Below, piece by piece: positions 37,051 through 50,814 of a stretch of 64,000 nt of DNA. A program made the translations under genes and the position numbers. Origin of the DNA: Selaginella moellendorffii (taxonomy: Eukaryota > Plantae > Lycopodiophyta); contig NW_003314358.1 of NCBI RefSeq assembly GCF_000143415.4, positions 320,731 through 384,730 of the forward strand. Reading direction: 5' to 3'. Position 1 is the first letter of the stretch; each line of letters opens with the position of its first letter. The notes under the pieces are model-generated. The model saw only the letters and a list, made by a program, of their open reading frames with translations. It made no database searches and was not told the origin of the DNA.

Positions 37051-38184
37051 TAACTCCACTTTTCACTGTGATTTGGACCTGGATGGAAAGATTGACAACA
37101 TGTCCAACCTACATGTAAGTATGCAATGCTTAAGAAAAGAAAAAGTTTCTCAAACCTGGACCAAGTTCAAATTTCATGTTATCCATGTTACACCAGCTGA
37201 TAATCTGTCTAGGGCAAATGAGACTTCAGAAGAAGAACATGCCACTTTTGTTACCTCTCAGGGTCAATGGACGAATTGGCACTGATATCTACAATCTTCA
37301 CCTGCAATTCTTAAGAAAAACAAATTGCTTTGAGTTGTATTGCTTTTATTATTTATATATTATAATAAATAAGTGCTTGGAAAATGTGGTATTTAACTCT
37401 AGAATGAGGAATGATGAGTATTTTTATTTATCCAATTCCTAAACAAGATTTTATGACAAATTTAAAGTTATAATTTTTAAATTTTAATTTATATTTACTA
37501 AGTAAATATATACTGTATTCCATTTTCATATTCTATGCACTCACATTGGTGGTGTAGATGAGGGGCAATTCCATTATATAAATTAATTATTTTATGTGAG
37601 GCAATGAATCATGTCCCACAAAAAGGACATATGCATCCATGCCAAATATATAATTCGAATTTGAAGGAATTGAACCCATGTTATTTACTTTGATACCACA
37701 TATGTGCACTTATTTTTCTCCCCTTAACCCAACTAAAAAAAAGGCATTTTTTTAATAAAAGAGCCTTTAGTGGTTATTTTATCCCTATTTATCCCTTAAA
37801 GTTCCAAAAATCTATGGTGACAGTACATTTAAATTTTATCCCATAATCACATACATTATAATATAGTTTTATATCAAAAGGTTAACAAGCAATAATGAGT
37901 AATTTGTTTTTCATCTTATGCAATTCCATTTTTAAAACTATCCCATTCTTTCAGATTTGTTATTATCTGTAATTATAAATGATATAGTTTAAAAACTTTA
38001 GAATTTTGTTATTCTAAAGGAATAAGTAAAAGGCTATAAGACTCTCAACATAAAATATAATAAATCCTAAGCAATACATTATATTGATTTTATTATTTTA
38101 AAGTTTTAAAATCTAATGCCTAATAATTTAATCTAACCAGGGTTTTTTCGCAGTGCGAGACCAAATGAACTAAGTTCATCTTGG

Positions 38185-38626
38185 ACAGTTGAACAAAGCC
38201 ATTGGCATTTATCTCTGAGGTCTAGTTTTGCAAAGAAGAAAATTGCAATCTTAGCTCATTCTTTTGTTTGCAAGGTCTTGGATCCACAGGCAACTCAGAC
38301 TTACAAGGTGGTTCTTTTATTTCACCTTCTTCTTTCCTTGTTTGAATGTTTCATTTTCTTCCCACTTATATCAAAGAACGCTACCGTTTTAGCGATGATG
38401 GAGCCTGGAGGAACAAAAGGACGGCCAATCTATGCTGCCATTGCAGTTATGGTCTTTGTCACGAGGTACCTATCATCGTTTTTCCAAACGAAAGAACAAA
38501 AGCTAATTGGAAATCCAGGTACTTTGGTGGAATGAGGTTTGGAACTGGAGGACTCGTTCGAGCTTATGGAGGAATCGCTGCTGACTGCCTCAAAGACGCA
38601 CTGACACACATTGTCAAAGAAAAGGT
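38185..38626 (+). pseudogene. IMPACT/YigZ (UPF0029) family fragment
   Basis: RFSDDG/EPGGT.GRPI (frameshift at DDGEP), then VTRYFGGMRFGTGGLVRAYGG. Confidence 0.75.
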
Positions 38627-39339
38627 TTTCTTATGTAGTTTAGTGTTGTCTACTGACTTTGACTCTTTTCAGATACAAAACAATCATTTATTTTGGAATG
38701 GCAGCAGGAGTTCAAGGTGGAAACACGGAAGAGCAACAAGAGGTTGCAATGAGACAATGGAAATTGAAAGAAGTAGCAAGCAATTTGAGCAAGACTATGA
38801 AAAGTAGCAGTGAGCCAGTGAAAAAGAATAACGATGCAATTGGCATTTCTCTGCCTTGCCTAGACTTCCACTCCTGTAATAGGCTTTATTTTTTGTAATG
38901 ACACAAAATTTGTCATCATGAATATCTGATTCTGTTCTAAATTTTGGGAGGGATATGATCCTCCCAAAAGCATGGAAATTTAAGATATCTCGATTGAATA
39001 CTGGACGTTAATCTTTTCAAACACATCAAAATTCTACTTAGAACTTACTTGACTGCACGTGATAATTTTGCCCTTTGAAACTTTCAAGATATGTTCTGGT
39101 CAAGCATAACATCACATCCCAAAACATTCCAGGACACATTATTTGCATGCCGAGTCTTTTGCTTGGTGTGCAAGGAAAGTCTCGTGGAAAGCCAGGATAT
39201 AAAATAGGATGAGAAGTTAAGTGTCAGGAACTCGTAGCGACAAAGTGTAGAAAATATAATTCCAGGCTCCAGGCACCAAAGTCCATAACAATTCTGCAAA
39301 TTCTTCATTGTCGATTCTCCATTTTGTGATTGGAAACCC

Positions 39340-39561
39340 ATGGCTCAAGTTCATGCTGTGGAGTTGAAGGGCAATCAACAGGAACTCAGTCCTAACAAGG
39401 GCATGGGCTGGTTTGGATGGAGGAGTAGCAGCAACAAGACCAGCAAGATCAAGCCCAAGAAGAATGCCCAAGTCTCAGATGAGAAGATCAAGGAGAGAAA
39501 ACAAGAACAAGCAATAATTGTTCCATACTTTGCGACTTCAGCCAGATTGTCAATGCTGTGA
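39340..39561 (+). CDS. Small basic 73-aa protein ending IIVPYFATSARLSML (PTS1-like C-terminus)
   Basis: Clean ATG in good context (cccATGG), single exon, TATA-like motifs upstream and a C-terminal SML tripeptide. Confidence 0.55.
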   Translation: MAQVHAVELKGNQQELSPNKGMGWFGWRSSSNKTSKIKPKKNAQVSDEKIKERKQEQAIIVPYFATSARLSML

Positions 39562-39779
39562 CATGGATTTGCACAGATTCAAGATTTGTTCCTTTTCGTC
39601 TTGAAGAAGCGAACTTGTAATATTTTTTGTTGTTTCGTGAATTGAAATCATTCTATCAATTCTCAAATTTCTTCAATTCATCCTATCAAATCCTCAATGA
39701 TCACAAAAATGCTTGTTATCACTTCGCGTGAAGAAGAAGAACTGAGAATGTGGAAAACTTAAGGTTCTACGGCCTAGGG

Positions 39780-40112
39780 ATGAACAGGGAGATGCAAGTG
39801 CGAAGGCGCATCGCGAGCATGTAAGCATCGCAGATCTCTCCTCCATTTTTGTCAATCGCTTGTGCGTGGCAGCTACAACAAGCGCGAGGACAATTTCGCG
39901 TCCCTCAGAGACTACAAGGACTACCTGGAAGACGTAGAGGACATCAGTGAGCTCTCGTTTCATTCTCTCAGTCACTTTGCCTTGTAGTCTTCAATCTGGT
40001 CCAAGGCATCAATGTGGATGAAACGGAGGCCAAGATCAAGGCGTACAATGAGGAAAACTACGAGCAAATCCTCACATCCAGAGCTCGCAAGGTAAGCAAA
40101 TCTTTACTCTCC

Positions 40113-40157
<45 letters not shown>

Positions 40158-40471
40158 AGGCTGTGGAGATTAGCACCGCTCTCCAGCAAGAGCAAGGCTT
40201 CACTGAAACGAGAGAAGCCAAAGAACAGGTAACGAGAAATTCTTTTCCATGCAGCGAGAATTTGGATGCGGCAGTGGCGGGGATGTTGATGCAGCAGCCA
40301 ACGAAGCAGCCCGAGCCGATTGGACACAGCCTGCTCAACGGTGGCGCGGCCGAGGATCCAGAGGCGCAGAGGATTCGAGAGGAGCGAGCCGCCATCGCCG
40401 GGGGCTGGTCCATAGACTGCTGCCACAGGAGGGATCTCACGGAAGCTTTCTCCAGCTTGTGGATCAACTAG
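39780..40471 (+). CDS. MAT1: CDK-activating kinase assembly factor MAT1 (plant RING-less type), multi-exon
   Basis: Spliced translation MNREMQVRRRIASIYNKREDNFASLRDYKDYLEDVEDI..FNLVQGINVDETEAKIKAYNEEN..RAAIAGGWS....RR...EAFSSLW. Confidence 0.8.
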
Positions 40472-41059
40472 AGGCAAGAGAAGAACCGCTGCTCAATGGA
40501 TGAAACAGCAGTGTTCTTGAGAGCCGGCTCTCGTTGTATGGTGGTAAACTGGCGAGCATGATAGGTAGTTAAAATTGGAGGGGCCGCGCGTATTATTCTT
40601 CTCTAGCCTTCGAGATACTTATCCCACACGTACGCAAGCCCTCAACTTACAACGTCCACTCCTCCACTTTGGGAAGATGGTAGGCTGGGCAACCGAAGTG
40701 CAATGGGAAAGCCGAGTGTAGGCCATTGGCCTTCATAGCCACCAAAAAACTCCTGCCCAGGTAAGTATGAATCCCTTCTCCGGGCCCTGGCTTATATACT
40801 GCTCTTGTCTCTTCATTCCATGCCCCGGGCAAAGAATTGGCACAGTAGCCATGTGTCAAACGGTTGACATCTTAAGGGAATCCACTGTCCCAAAGAATCT
40901 TACACTTGTCGAGGAGCAACTTCCGTCGACGGAATGTCGAAGAGTGCCAGTGGCCCCAGCACAAACGGCGGGGCCACGAATGGCATGCCTGAATCGTCTC
41001 AGCACAATAGTGCTCCATACTCAGTCAGATGCCATAGTCCAGGACTGTCCCCAGCCACT

Positions 41060-41500
41060 GGAACCGAGAATGTGTTAAGAACCGCCGAGAGGACCACCTG
41101 ATCTGACACGGTTGTTCATGGTGCACTTGTCCATCATTGCGTAGAACAGCTCCTTGCCTGAACCAGGTACCTGTACACCAGGATCAGGGTGTTGCATGCT
41201 TCAACAGTCATCAAATTGTCTAACGCTGTACGGCCTACGCCACCGTGGTCTCCGTACGCCCTACTCAAAGTTGGCGGCCTTGATACACTCGGCAAGAAGA
41301 CGCTGGCAGCGATGGAATCCGCTGGGACGCTCTGGCCCGCTTCTCGCGTATGCAATGAGCAGCAGGCTCCACCCCAAGGCCTTTTTGTGCAGCATCCAGT
41401 TTCTCACTCCCGCCACCTTGCCATAGCAGGCGTAGGCTGCCATCATCTGATCCACCACGACGACTTTGCTCGACAGAGAGACAATAACATCCGCCTGGTG
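41060..41500 (-). pseudogene. Highly degenerate PPR-like fragment
   Basis: Pieces VVDQMMAAYACYG, WSLLLIAYARSG, ACNTLILVY and DQVVLSAVLN. Confidence 0.45.
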
Positions 41501-41710
41501 TCCTCCAAATGCACGTAGGCCTCGAAGATCACCCGGAGGGGCTTTCATGGCGGAAGATCCCCATAGCGCTAAACGATTTTCATCACATCAATTGTTAATG
41601 ATATATTTAAAAGAGCAGTGCCCATATTTTGAAGAGATGATTTTCATCACTCACAAAAGTGCCTTTGCCTCCCAGTTCCTCATGTGGAGCTCCCATTATC
41701 TCCATGATAA

Positions 41711-42926
41711 TTAACACGTTCTCAAAATCAAGTTAATTCCTCAGTGTCCAAGCCCCACCTTGCAAAGCCGTCATATAATCCTTATAAAACATAAGCTTGG
41801 AGAGCCCTCTACCAATTTGCTCGCTGGGCACACTAAGCTCTCCCCATTGCCAGGAATGGACATTTGATCTTCACTGCTATTAACCACAGCCCTGTGCTCG
41901 GGACTCTTATACTTGTCATTGCTCAAAATCTGTAAGAAAACATTAACTTTGACTAGTCAGACAACATTAGTAAGCGAGACGCTGACCTGGGTCTGGTCGC
42001 CCAGATTGACCACGAACGAGTAAGGTATGGGCTTCACGGAGTACCACTCGTCATCGTGCATCACCTGGAGACCCTCGACGTGATCTTGGAGAAGCAGCGT
42101 GATCGATCCGGGGTCCGAGTGTGGGGCGATTCCCAGTACCAGATCGGGCTCGGGGCAAGCGGGATAGAAGTTGAGAACCATGACTCGCGAGCAGCCATTG
42201 AATGCCTTGTTGATGTAATCCTTTGGAAGATCCAAGCTCTCAGAGATGAGCTCCAGGAGGAACTTTGCAAGGTTGCGAACGCGAGTGGAGTAAACTTTCC
42301 TATAAGAAGATCATATACCAGAGATGTTAAGGAAGGATGGCGAGAAGGTATTTATACCTGTAAGATGCTGGCTTGTCAGGCCAGAGATCTTGCATCTCGG
42401 CCAGTGGGAGGCAGCTATGGTGGAGGTAATCTCTCCAGCTAAAAACCTTGTCTTGTGTAACATTGAAGCTGGTTTCATACCTCATTCGGGATTCGGTGTC
42501 TGTGGAGAAGTAGCGCATTTTCTCCTCGTTTGGGAGAGCGTGGAATTCGCGAGCCACCGATTGCATTTCATCCACCAAAAAATGGAGAACACCGTGATTG
42601 ATCACCTGTATGGAGAAGATCACAAAATTCTCGATCAATTCATAGACCCAGTGATGGATCAAAGAGATTTTGGGAGCAAGAACAATAGCACACCTGGAAG
42701 AAGCCCCATTTCACGCAAGCTTCACGGATTTGCGGGACAAGCGCTGAATTCGAGCCTCGCTCGAATTCAAGGCGGCGCCAACATCCAAGACTGGGAAGCT
42801 TTCCTCGCGATGAACGGCATTTGGGTGCTCCTCTATGGATCGGATGTAAATGCCGGGCAGCTTGTCCAGGCCCGAATCGACCAGATTCTTCACACCCAAG
42901 TGCAGTGGAAGAACTTCGGCATCCAT
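41711..42926 (-). pseudogene. 2-oxoglutarate/Fe(II) dioxygenase (DMR6/DLO-like), frameshifted
   Basis: GVKNLVDSG, IREACVKWGFFQVINHG, WRDYL, NFYPACPEPDL..G..PHSDPG and HRAVVN. It has a frameshift in exon 1, Q in place of R in the RxS motif, and deletions in the last exon. Confidence 0.85.
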
Positions 42927-43994
42927 TGTTGAGTTCTTTGCAAAGATAAACTCCGGTTTTATACTCAAGCATTCTTGGCAGATACGAAAAATTTCTTAGA
43001 TTTTCTAAGAGGTTTGGTCACGAAGGAAAGTTGGCATGGCAAAATAAACGGTCCAGATGGCATCACGAATGGACGGACGTGATTGCTCTGTTGGCCACGC
43101 CACGGATGTCGTCTGCCAGGGCGGAGGCGCCACCGTTGGCGCTCCAGCCCGCGCGGATTCTCTCTGGCGCAAACGTTCTTCCCACGAAGGATGCCTTTCG
43201 AAACGAGTATGGTATGCCATTTGTTTCTCTTTTCATCTTCTTTCCGAGTGGGCGAGCAGCATTAAGAATGTGTTGCATTGCTCTTTAAGTTTTGTAGGAA
43301 AAGTTGTGAACATTCAAAGGCTTAACATGGTTCTCGACATTTTGAATGGATGGTACCGAGATAAAGGCTACTTTCCGCAGGTGGTTCTAGTGAGGTGGTT
43401 CTAGTGACAGTACACAGGTGACAGACCTGGAGACAATGCCAGACGGTATTCTTAACAATTTGCTGAGGCAGTAGTTAACAACATCAATATACGATTTTTG
43501 GACAGGAAAGCGTAAGCTTTTTCAGTCAGCATTCTCGTATTACGCAAAGCTTCCACTTCGTCACTGGCCATACGAGCCACTCCTTCCCATTCCACTTGGC
43601 CTGTGAAAAGCTGAACTTGTAGGGGGGCAGCTGACTGTCTTGGAAAAGAAGGCCCGAAACATTGCTTCGTCAGCTTACGACGAAAAAGGACAGGTGAATT
43701 CCAAAATCTTTTTGTTTCTAGCTTTAGACCCTGTATGATAAATTTACAGGTATACAGCTTGCAACAAGGTAGACGAGATGCAGAAACGGTCTTTACAGTG
43801 GGAATTATTGAAGATGTCAATATCGTGCCATAGACTGCTGAAGGTATCATTTCTATTCTTGTATATGTTATTGAAGAGGTATTGGGATGGTAGACTTGTG
43901 GAATGGAGGGTTGTCAGGAAACGGGTATGTCATCACAACTTGTAAGAGCGAATTGATTTTCTAAATGCCACCATCTACGCAGCATGACGAACGG

Positions 43995-44700
43995 AGCATT
44001 GTCGGTTGGATTGGTTGTTCTCCGGTATGGCGAGAACCACTTCGCGGTGAGGTAGTCGGGTCTCTGCCAGGGAGGGAGCGTGAGACGCCTTGAGCGAGCG
44101 TTTCATCGCGAGGGAGATGAGGTGGAGGAATTTGTGGAGCTCGTCCTTTGTGCCCACGAACACTGGCGGGATCTCGGCGAGGATCGCCTGGTATTCGTCG
44201 CTGGGGCGCGCGATCACGAACTGGGAGCTAAAATCTGTGTCGATGATCACTCGTTTGGAGCCGGCGTCGAGGAGGCGTACTCTCCTGGAAGAGAGGAGAA
44301 AATCACGCTGTGAGAATGACATAGAAATAGTTTGTAACCGACCTTTGGAGATTCCTTTGGATTGGCTCCAGCGCTATTTGCAAACCGGGCGTCACGATCT
44401 TCGCTCGACGTCGATCGCCACTGCAAGAAAATCTCTGGAAATTTCCGAGATGAGAGCACTGCAACAGCGATCGATCGATCTGTGCTTGCTTACCCGATGC
44501 AGAAGGAAATCTCGCAGCTCGTCGGTGAGATCTTGCGATTTGGTACTGGCATTAACTGGAGAGGGAATCGCCGTTACAGCAACCGCTCAAGCGGCACTCC
44601 TCCATGAAATCGTTCACCATCTCCGCCAAGAAGAGGGAGCTGGCCATTGCTTCGTGCTCGCTGCCGCTGCATGCTGGCCGCGGCGCACAGCGGCCGTGTG
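43995..44700 (-). pseudogene. DUF506 (plant PD-(D/E)XK-like) gene, disrupted
   Basis: MVNDFMEE, VCK.RW, RVIIDTDFSSQFVIARPSDEYQAILAEIPPVFVG, AMKRSLK and YLTAKWFSPYRRTT, with frameshifts. Confidence 0.75.
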
Positions 44701-45060
44701 TGCCTACGATCGATTTCCTGTCCTCTTGGGTGGCGATGCGTTGTCTACATACGATCGATGGGATCGTTTCTCTCCACCGCCTATATAATCTCTCAGTTTC
44801 TCTCCATCTGGTCTAGATTTCTAGATCGCTCGATCTTTCTTCGCGTTCCTCTTCTTCTCGATCCTCTTCTTTCCATTCTCGTTTCTAGATCGGGGAGATG
44901 CCAGGGATTCTTTGGCATTCCGATCGGAATGAGCGAAATTTCGACAGCGATTGCTATACACTTATCCAGCCCTAGAAAATTATTTCCTTGTCGAGTATGA
45001 CACTTGGCGTCTGCCACGCGTCGCACATGGGAAGAACCCTAAAATTTAAAGACCAAATTT

Positions 45061-46580
45061 TTAGACCCAGATATCGGAAGTGCAGGGTAGCGCATCTCGT
45101 GCGCCACTGTTTGGCTCCTCGCCGAAATCGACAAAGAAATCGTGATTGAGAGCTAGGCCTCCTTTCTCGGTGTTGCATTCCACCTGGAGAATGTGAGAGC
45201 CTTCGCTCGCGAGGCTCGGATAGAACTGATTGTCCCAGGAGCTAAACAGCGAGTTTGTCACGTAGAGACGCTTGCCATCGAGGCTGAGCTGCAGCATTTG
45301 GGCCTCCTCTCAGTTTCTTCCCCTGGAAACACCAAAGTTTTCTCGTTCGAACTCGATCGGATAGAGAGAACTTCACTTACCTGGACTGGAGGAACGCTGG
45401 ATTGCCAGTCTTCTCCGGTAGAGCTCTCGACCGCCACCACTTTGCTGCCTTTGGAAACCAAGCCTCCCAGCCAGAGCTGCCCGGTTAGCAACACGCAACC
45501 CAATCAATACTTCCGACCTGGATGGATCATCGATGTTGTACTGCCTCAAATCGCCGTGAAGTCAATTCACAAAGTAGAGGAAGCGATCATCCAGGGAGAT
45601 GAGAAGGTCCGTGATCAAGCCAGGCATCTCGGGTAAGATCCAGTTCTTCACCTTGAGCGAGCGGCAAAACAGTCTGCCACCACCTTAAGATCAAACAACG
45701 AGAGAGAGAGAGTTAGAACTCCACGATCTATTCAAGCTTACTTCGTGATCCCAAGTGCTATCATCTTTCTTGAAGAACCGGACCAAAGTACTGCTTAGAG
45801 CACAGGTTACGTAGCCAGTATCCTTTTCTGGATTGTGTAGAAATCGAATCTACACCAACAAAACTCCAGGGAAAAAGAGAGAAAATGAAAAAAGCGCTAC
45901 CTCAAGTGGGATCAATCCAGTGTCGCCGAGATCGATGGTTTGCTTCAAAGTTCCGCCCGGCCAGTCGTACACAAAGAGTTCTCTCCCGTACAGACCTTGG
46001 AAAGATCTCCCAAATCAAAACCTTTGGTAAACGCAGAGGGCGCCCACTGATCATCATTTTGTGACGAGGTTGATACCAAAAGTCGTAGCCAAAAGAGGGA
46101 CTATGTCCTTGTTTTTCCCATCTAAGTCGTAAGTTCCAAAGCTCAACAGTGACCAAAAAAAAAATGTGATCTACGTGAACGACAAGAACTCACAAGAACT
46201 TACCTTCCTTTGATGTTGAATTCTTCATTCAAGAGCAAAAATCCAGCTCCTTGTGCTCGTCCTTCTTTGTCTCCAAGGCACGAGATCATAATCTCGCCAG
46301 AAGCAAGGCAGGCACGGTGTGAGGAAACGCGAGCCCAGTTTTTTCGTACATATCCTCCGCCTCGATCACTTTGTGAAGCACTGGAGCTTTCGGATCTTTC
46401 AGAGTGTTCACAATGTAAATTCGAGAAGAACTGAAAGACCAAAGAACTTAGCTCACGGACAAAACTTAGAAGCTGTGATATACTCACACTACCGATGGAA
46501 GAACAAGGTAGCAACGCTCAGCATCCTTCTCTCCATGGCAGGAGCTGCAAGAATTCCATCCAGAGTGATTGACATCATGC
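45061..46580 (-). pseudogene. Selenium-binding protein / methanethiol oxidase (SBP), 5'-truncated with microdeletions
   Basis: [61 protein letters not shown] and CTSDIWV*, with stops and frameshifts. Confidence 0.85.
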
Positions 46581-48003
46581 AATAATGATTCACGAAGATA
46601 AGCCTAATAATTTATGATAGAATATACATACATTGGATATGACATATTACACATTAGAATTGTCCCTATGTTTAATTACATTTTTGGTTTGCTGAAGTAA
46701 ACCTGTATAATAGTGGATATACCTAAAATATGTTTGGATATTTTAGTTTACTATTTAACGGTTGTTATTCATTTAGATTAATTTTATATTTATAATTTAT
46801 AAACTTTTTTAAACACTTTCTAGTATATTCTTTTTATTTTACCATCTAATAGTTGATATGCAATAAGATTAATCTTGTGTTTATAAATTATAAATATATT
46901 TTATTTTGGATTAATTAGTAAAAATAACACTACTATTAAGCAAACCAAGCATTGCTAATTTGTTCTATATTGCATGCACAGATGTTACAACACTCAACTG
47001 TTAACACCATTAGATCTAGCCAATGGCAGCCATCCGATAGGGAGGTAATTGTGAAAGGGTTATTTTCTTAACCACATCTTACTTAATAATCATATAAAAG
47101 ATTCTCTCTTGTGCATATCCTTTACCCTTTGCAAATTATACTCATTCTTATATCAAATCCAATGCATAGCAAGCGCTGATTGTCCCACCTTTTCTTTTTC
47201 ATGTAGTCAAAACAAATAGAACTTACTTATAGTAAGCATTCATAAGTGGGATCCAGCTCTCTCAGTGACATTGAAGTGCTAAGACAAACACTCAACCAAA
47301 TGGCAGATAGAAAATGGTTCTAGAACAAGAGAACTATTCATTGCAAGAACATAAAATTCACTTAGAGAGAGAGACAATCTTAAAGAAGACCTAAACTAAT
47401 TTAACTAACTCAACTTTTTTCTCCAGAATAAAAGAATCTAAATTGAAATGCTCTTCAAATGACATTGTTAGGGTACATTCCGCCCAGCAAAAGCCACAAG
47501 AAGAATTGTCAAAATCTTTGTTTTGCAGGTTAGCCTTAAAAAAAAATTTACCAGGCAATTTTTTTTTATTCTTTCAATTGAAGGTGCATTTCAAATTTAT
47601 GCCCTGCTGGTAAAGGAATAGACGCTGTGTACTGATGCTATGTGGCAAAATTTCTCTGTCCAGCCAGCTATCCTGCGCAGCAAATAAAACGTGTAACTTG
47701 TGTCACCTGTGCTCTGCAAAAGGATAAGATGTGATGTCCTCCCATGTTGTTTTTTGCTATTGAAAACTAAATGACCAAAAGAGTGATAAGGTTTTAATAT
47801 ACATTCATTTGGTCTAATGCTAGATTAGATGCCAGGTTTGTTGATCACTTAGGTGTGTGTATTGACAGATCTTCATGCTTTAAAAGCCATCCGCTGAGCT
47901 CCACTAATATAACAGAGTGTTCCACCTTGCTTTCAGTTCATCCAGCTTCTCTTGCCTTCATCTTGCTCCAGAGCTTCGAGTCCTTTCATTCTTTCAAGGA
48001 AAG

Positions 48004-49362
48004 ATGGATGTTGAGCAGGCACTCCTGGATGGGTTCGAGAAGGGCATTTCGCTGGGCCTGAAGATGATCCCAAAGGTGGGCTCCTTCGCGCAGGCCATAT
48101 TCGGGCAGTTGTGGAGCATAGCGCTTGCACCCCGCACCGCGCAGCAGAAACAAGCCGCCATGGATTCGCTGTTCGAGGCGGTGGAGAAGATGATCGAGCA
48201 AGCTCTGGCTAAAAACATTGCGGATCAAGCAAGAGCTGCGAATGCCACCATCTCCCAGCTGGGCCAGGACTACTACGTCTCCGTCGCGGCCTTCCAGGCC
48301 AATAACTCGGTCGGCACGCGCAACATCGTGGTGCGATTCGAGCAGTGCAAGGCCCAACTCCTCCAAATGCTCAATCTCTTCTCGCAGCCCAGCTACATGA
48401 AGCATACACTCCTCTCTTACGGATCCGCGCTCACATTGTACACAACGCTGCTCCGCGAGATGATCCAAAGCGCCAAGGTTTGCGGCTACACCGCCTCGGA
48501 AGTGGCCGCTTTCCAGAGAGACATCAATGATCGGATCAGATTCTCGCTCAACCAAGTCATGTTCGACGCTCTCTCCAAGCTGGTGAGGGAAGGGGGCGAA
48601 TTTAAGTACCCCGGTATGGCCAACGTCGCCAAGGGCCTCTTCGAGATCTCTGCAGGCTTAATGAACTTCCACACTGAATGGCACAACGGTGCAGCTTGCC
48701 TGATCGCGAACAACCACCAGGAGTATCCGGATTGCGACTTTGTGGATACCAAGGCGCACTACCAGCTGAACTTCCGGCGCAGGCCCGGTGACGGGTGGAA
48801 CTACTACGAGATGCCGCAGGTGTTCGTCAGTGGTCGTCCGGCACTCCATATCTACACCAAGCCTGAGCAGGAGATTCATGTAGCGCGCTTCGCGTTCGAG
48901 GAGGACAACGTGGAAATGAAATTCCGGGCGTACTACATGGTTGATCATGACGACTTCGACTCTTGGCAAGTGTTGGTGACCGTGGGCAGCGGTTTCAAAC
49001 CTGTGGTACGTAAACTTTGATTCATCAACTTGCTCAATGTTTCAAGATTCTGGACACAGATGGTAACACTGAAGTTGGTTTCTTGCTTGCAGGAGCTTCA
49101 GTTCAACCTCAATAAGCGTCAATCCCCTATTGTATCCTTCCCGTGGGTGAAGATGTACTACCCCGGAAATCCTCCGACCACCCAGTTTGACAAGTTTAGG
49201 ACCAACATGAGAGTCTATTATGACGAGTACAGTTCGTTTAAGCCATTAAAAAGCAGGTCTTACCACATCACCACTAAGGCTGCTGGGCCCGCAACCAAGA
49301 ATTACTACTTGATCGCATTTGAAGTTGTGCCCGCGAAGGCTCCAAAGCTGCCATGGCTGTGA
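48004..49362 (+). CDS. Cry delta-endotoxin-like protein, copy 1 (exons 48004-49005 and 49093-49362; 423 aa)
   Basis: Intact spliced ORF. The helical N-terminal half follows the Endotoxin_N pattern (IPKVGSFAQAIFGQLW..MDSLFEAVEKMIEQAL..RFEQCKAQLLQMLNLFSQPSYMKHTLLSYGSALTLYTTLLRE). The beta-rich C-terminus ends YYLIAFEVVP. Confidence 0.75.
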
Positions 49363-49493
49363 TATGAAGATTAAGAATCTACTAAAATAAAATTGCCTTA
49401 AGAACATTCTCAGACTTACGAAGGGCTTGAACGACAGGGCTCTCGTGTCCTACTCCAAAGCGCAGCCAGTGCTGGCCAAGGAGCGGGGGAATG

Positions 49494-50755
49494 AGGATGG
49501 CAGCTGTGCATTGGACAGTGCCGCCACGATTGGCTGCGCAGCACCAGCCCGGCAAGCCCTCTTGATCTCCTGGTAGTCTGGGATGGCGCCACCGGCTGTG
49601 GAGTCGCATTGGACGCCGCTGCTCGTAGCCTCCGTGTTACAGGGACGATTTCGCGTGTCGACCAAGCTCATCCATGGAGGTGAGTTCTAGTTTCTCTCTC
49701 TTTCTTTAAAGTAGTAAGTGGTCAAGATCTTTGTTTGGGTATCTCGGGCTTTCCTGGATCGATCAAACATTTTTTTTTGGATAGTTTGTCTCTGGAATGT
49801 CTGGATCATGGGCTTTCTTTCGATGGATCGACCAGACAATAGTTCTTACATTTCTCTCGTTGTACCAACTTGCTCCAGGTGTGAGATATCTCGAGAAGGC
49901 AGTACGCACTGGACGCACTGGACGAGCGAGCGCAGCTCATCCAGAATGCTGCACACCTCCGTCGAGTCCTTCGAGTTCTTCCCGGTGTCTTCGGTTGCAA
50001 AGACAGCGGGCGATGGAAAGACGCTCAAAGGCACGGTGGTCTGCTACGATGGCCAAATGGACGATGCTCGCGTCAACGTTTCTCTGGCTTGCACGGCGGC
50101 GCTGGCGGGAGCAGCAGTGCTCAACCACGCCGAGGCAACCGCGATCATCAAGGATGGATCCACTGGCCAAGTCGTGGGTGCTCGAGTCCGGGACAATCTT
50201 AGCGGCATGGAATTTGACGTCCATGCAAAGGTCGTGATGAATGCCGGGGGACCTTTTGTGGACGAGCTGAGAAGATTTGCGGACAAGGAGTCCAAGCCGA
50301 TGATCGCTCCCAGCAGTGGCGTTCACGTCGTTCTTCCCGACTACTACTCGCCCGAGTCTATGGGGCTCATTGTTCCCAAGACGAAAGATGGCCGGGTGGT
50401 GTTTATGCTGCCATGACTGGGAAGAACGGTGGCTGGGACCACTGATTCTATTTCCCCTATCACCATGCTTCCGGAGCTGAAGGAAGAGGAGATCCAGTTC
50501 ATCTTGGACGCCATCAGTGACTACGTTTGTGTCAAGGTAAAGGAACAACAAGTTGATCTTTCTTTCTTTTGGTCTGTTCTAACTTTTTCTTTCCTCTCAG
50601 GTCCGCCGCTCTGATGTTATGTCCGCGTGGGGCGGCATTAGGCCGATCCGTCCGCGAATGGAGACACGTCAAGCATCTCCAGAGATCACGTAAGCTGCGT
50701 GGAGCCTCACGGCATGGTGACAATCACCGGTGAAAAGCGGACGACCTACAGAAGG
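49494..50755 (+). pseudogene. Mitochondrial FAD glycerol-3-phosphate dehydrogenase (SDP6/GlpD) fragment
   Basis: GATGCGVALDAAAR, STKLIHGGVRYLE, YDGQMDDAR, NAGGPFVD and KTKDGRVVFMLP*LGRTVAGTTD (W to stop); the 3' end is missing. Confidence 0.88.
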
Positions 50756-50814
50756 TAAGTTTTACTTTTGGGTCATAGAAAAGACTATTAAAGCCTGTTG
50801 GGGGCACAGATTTC

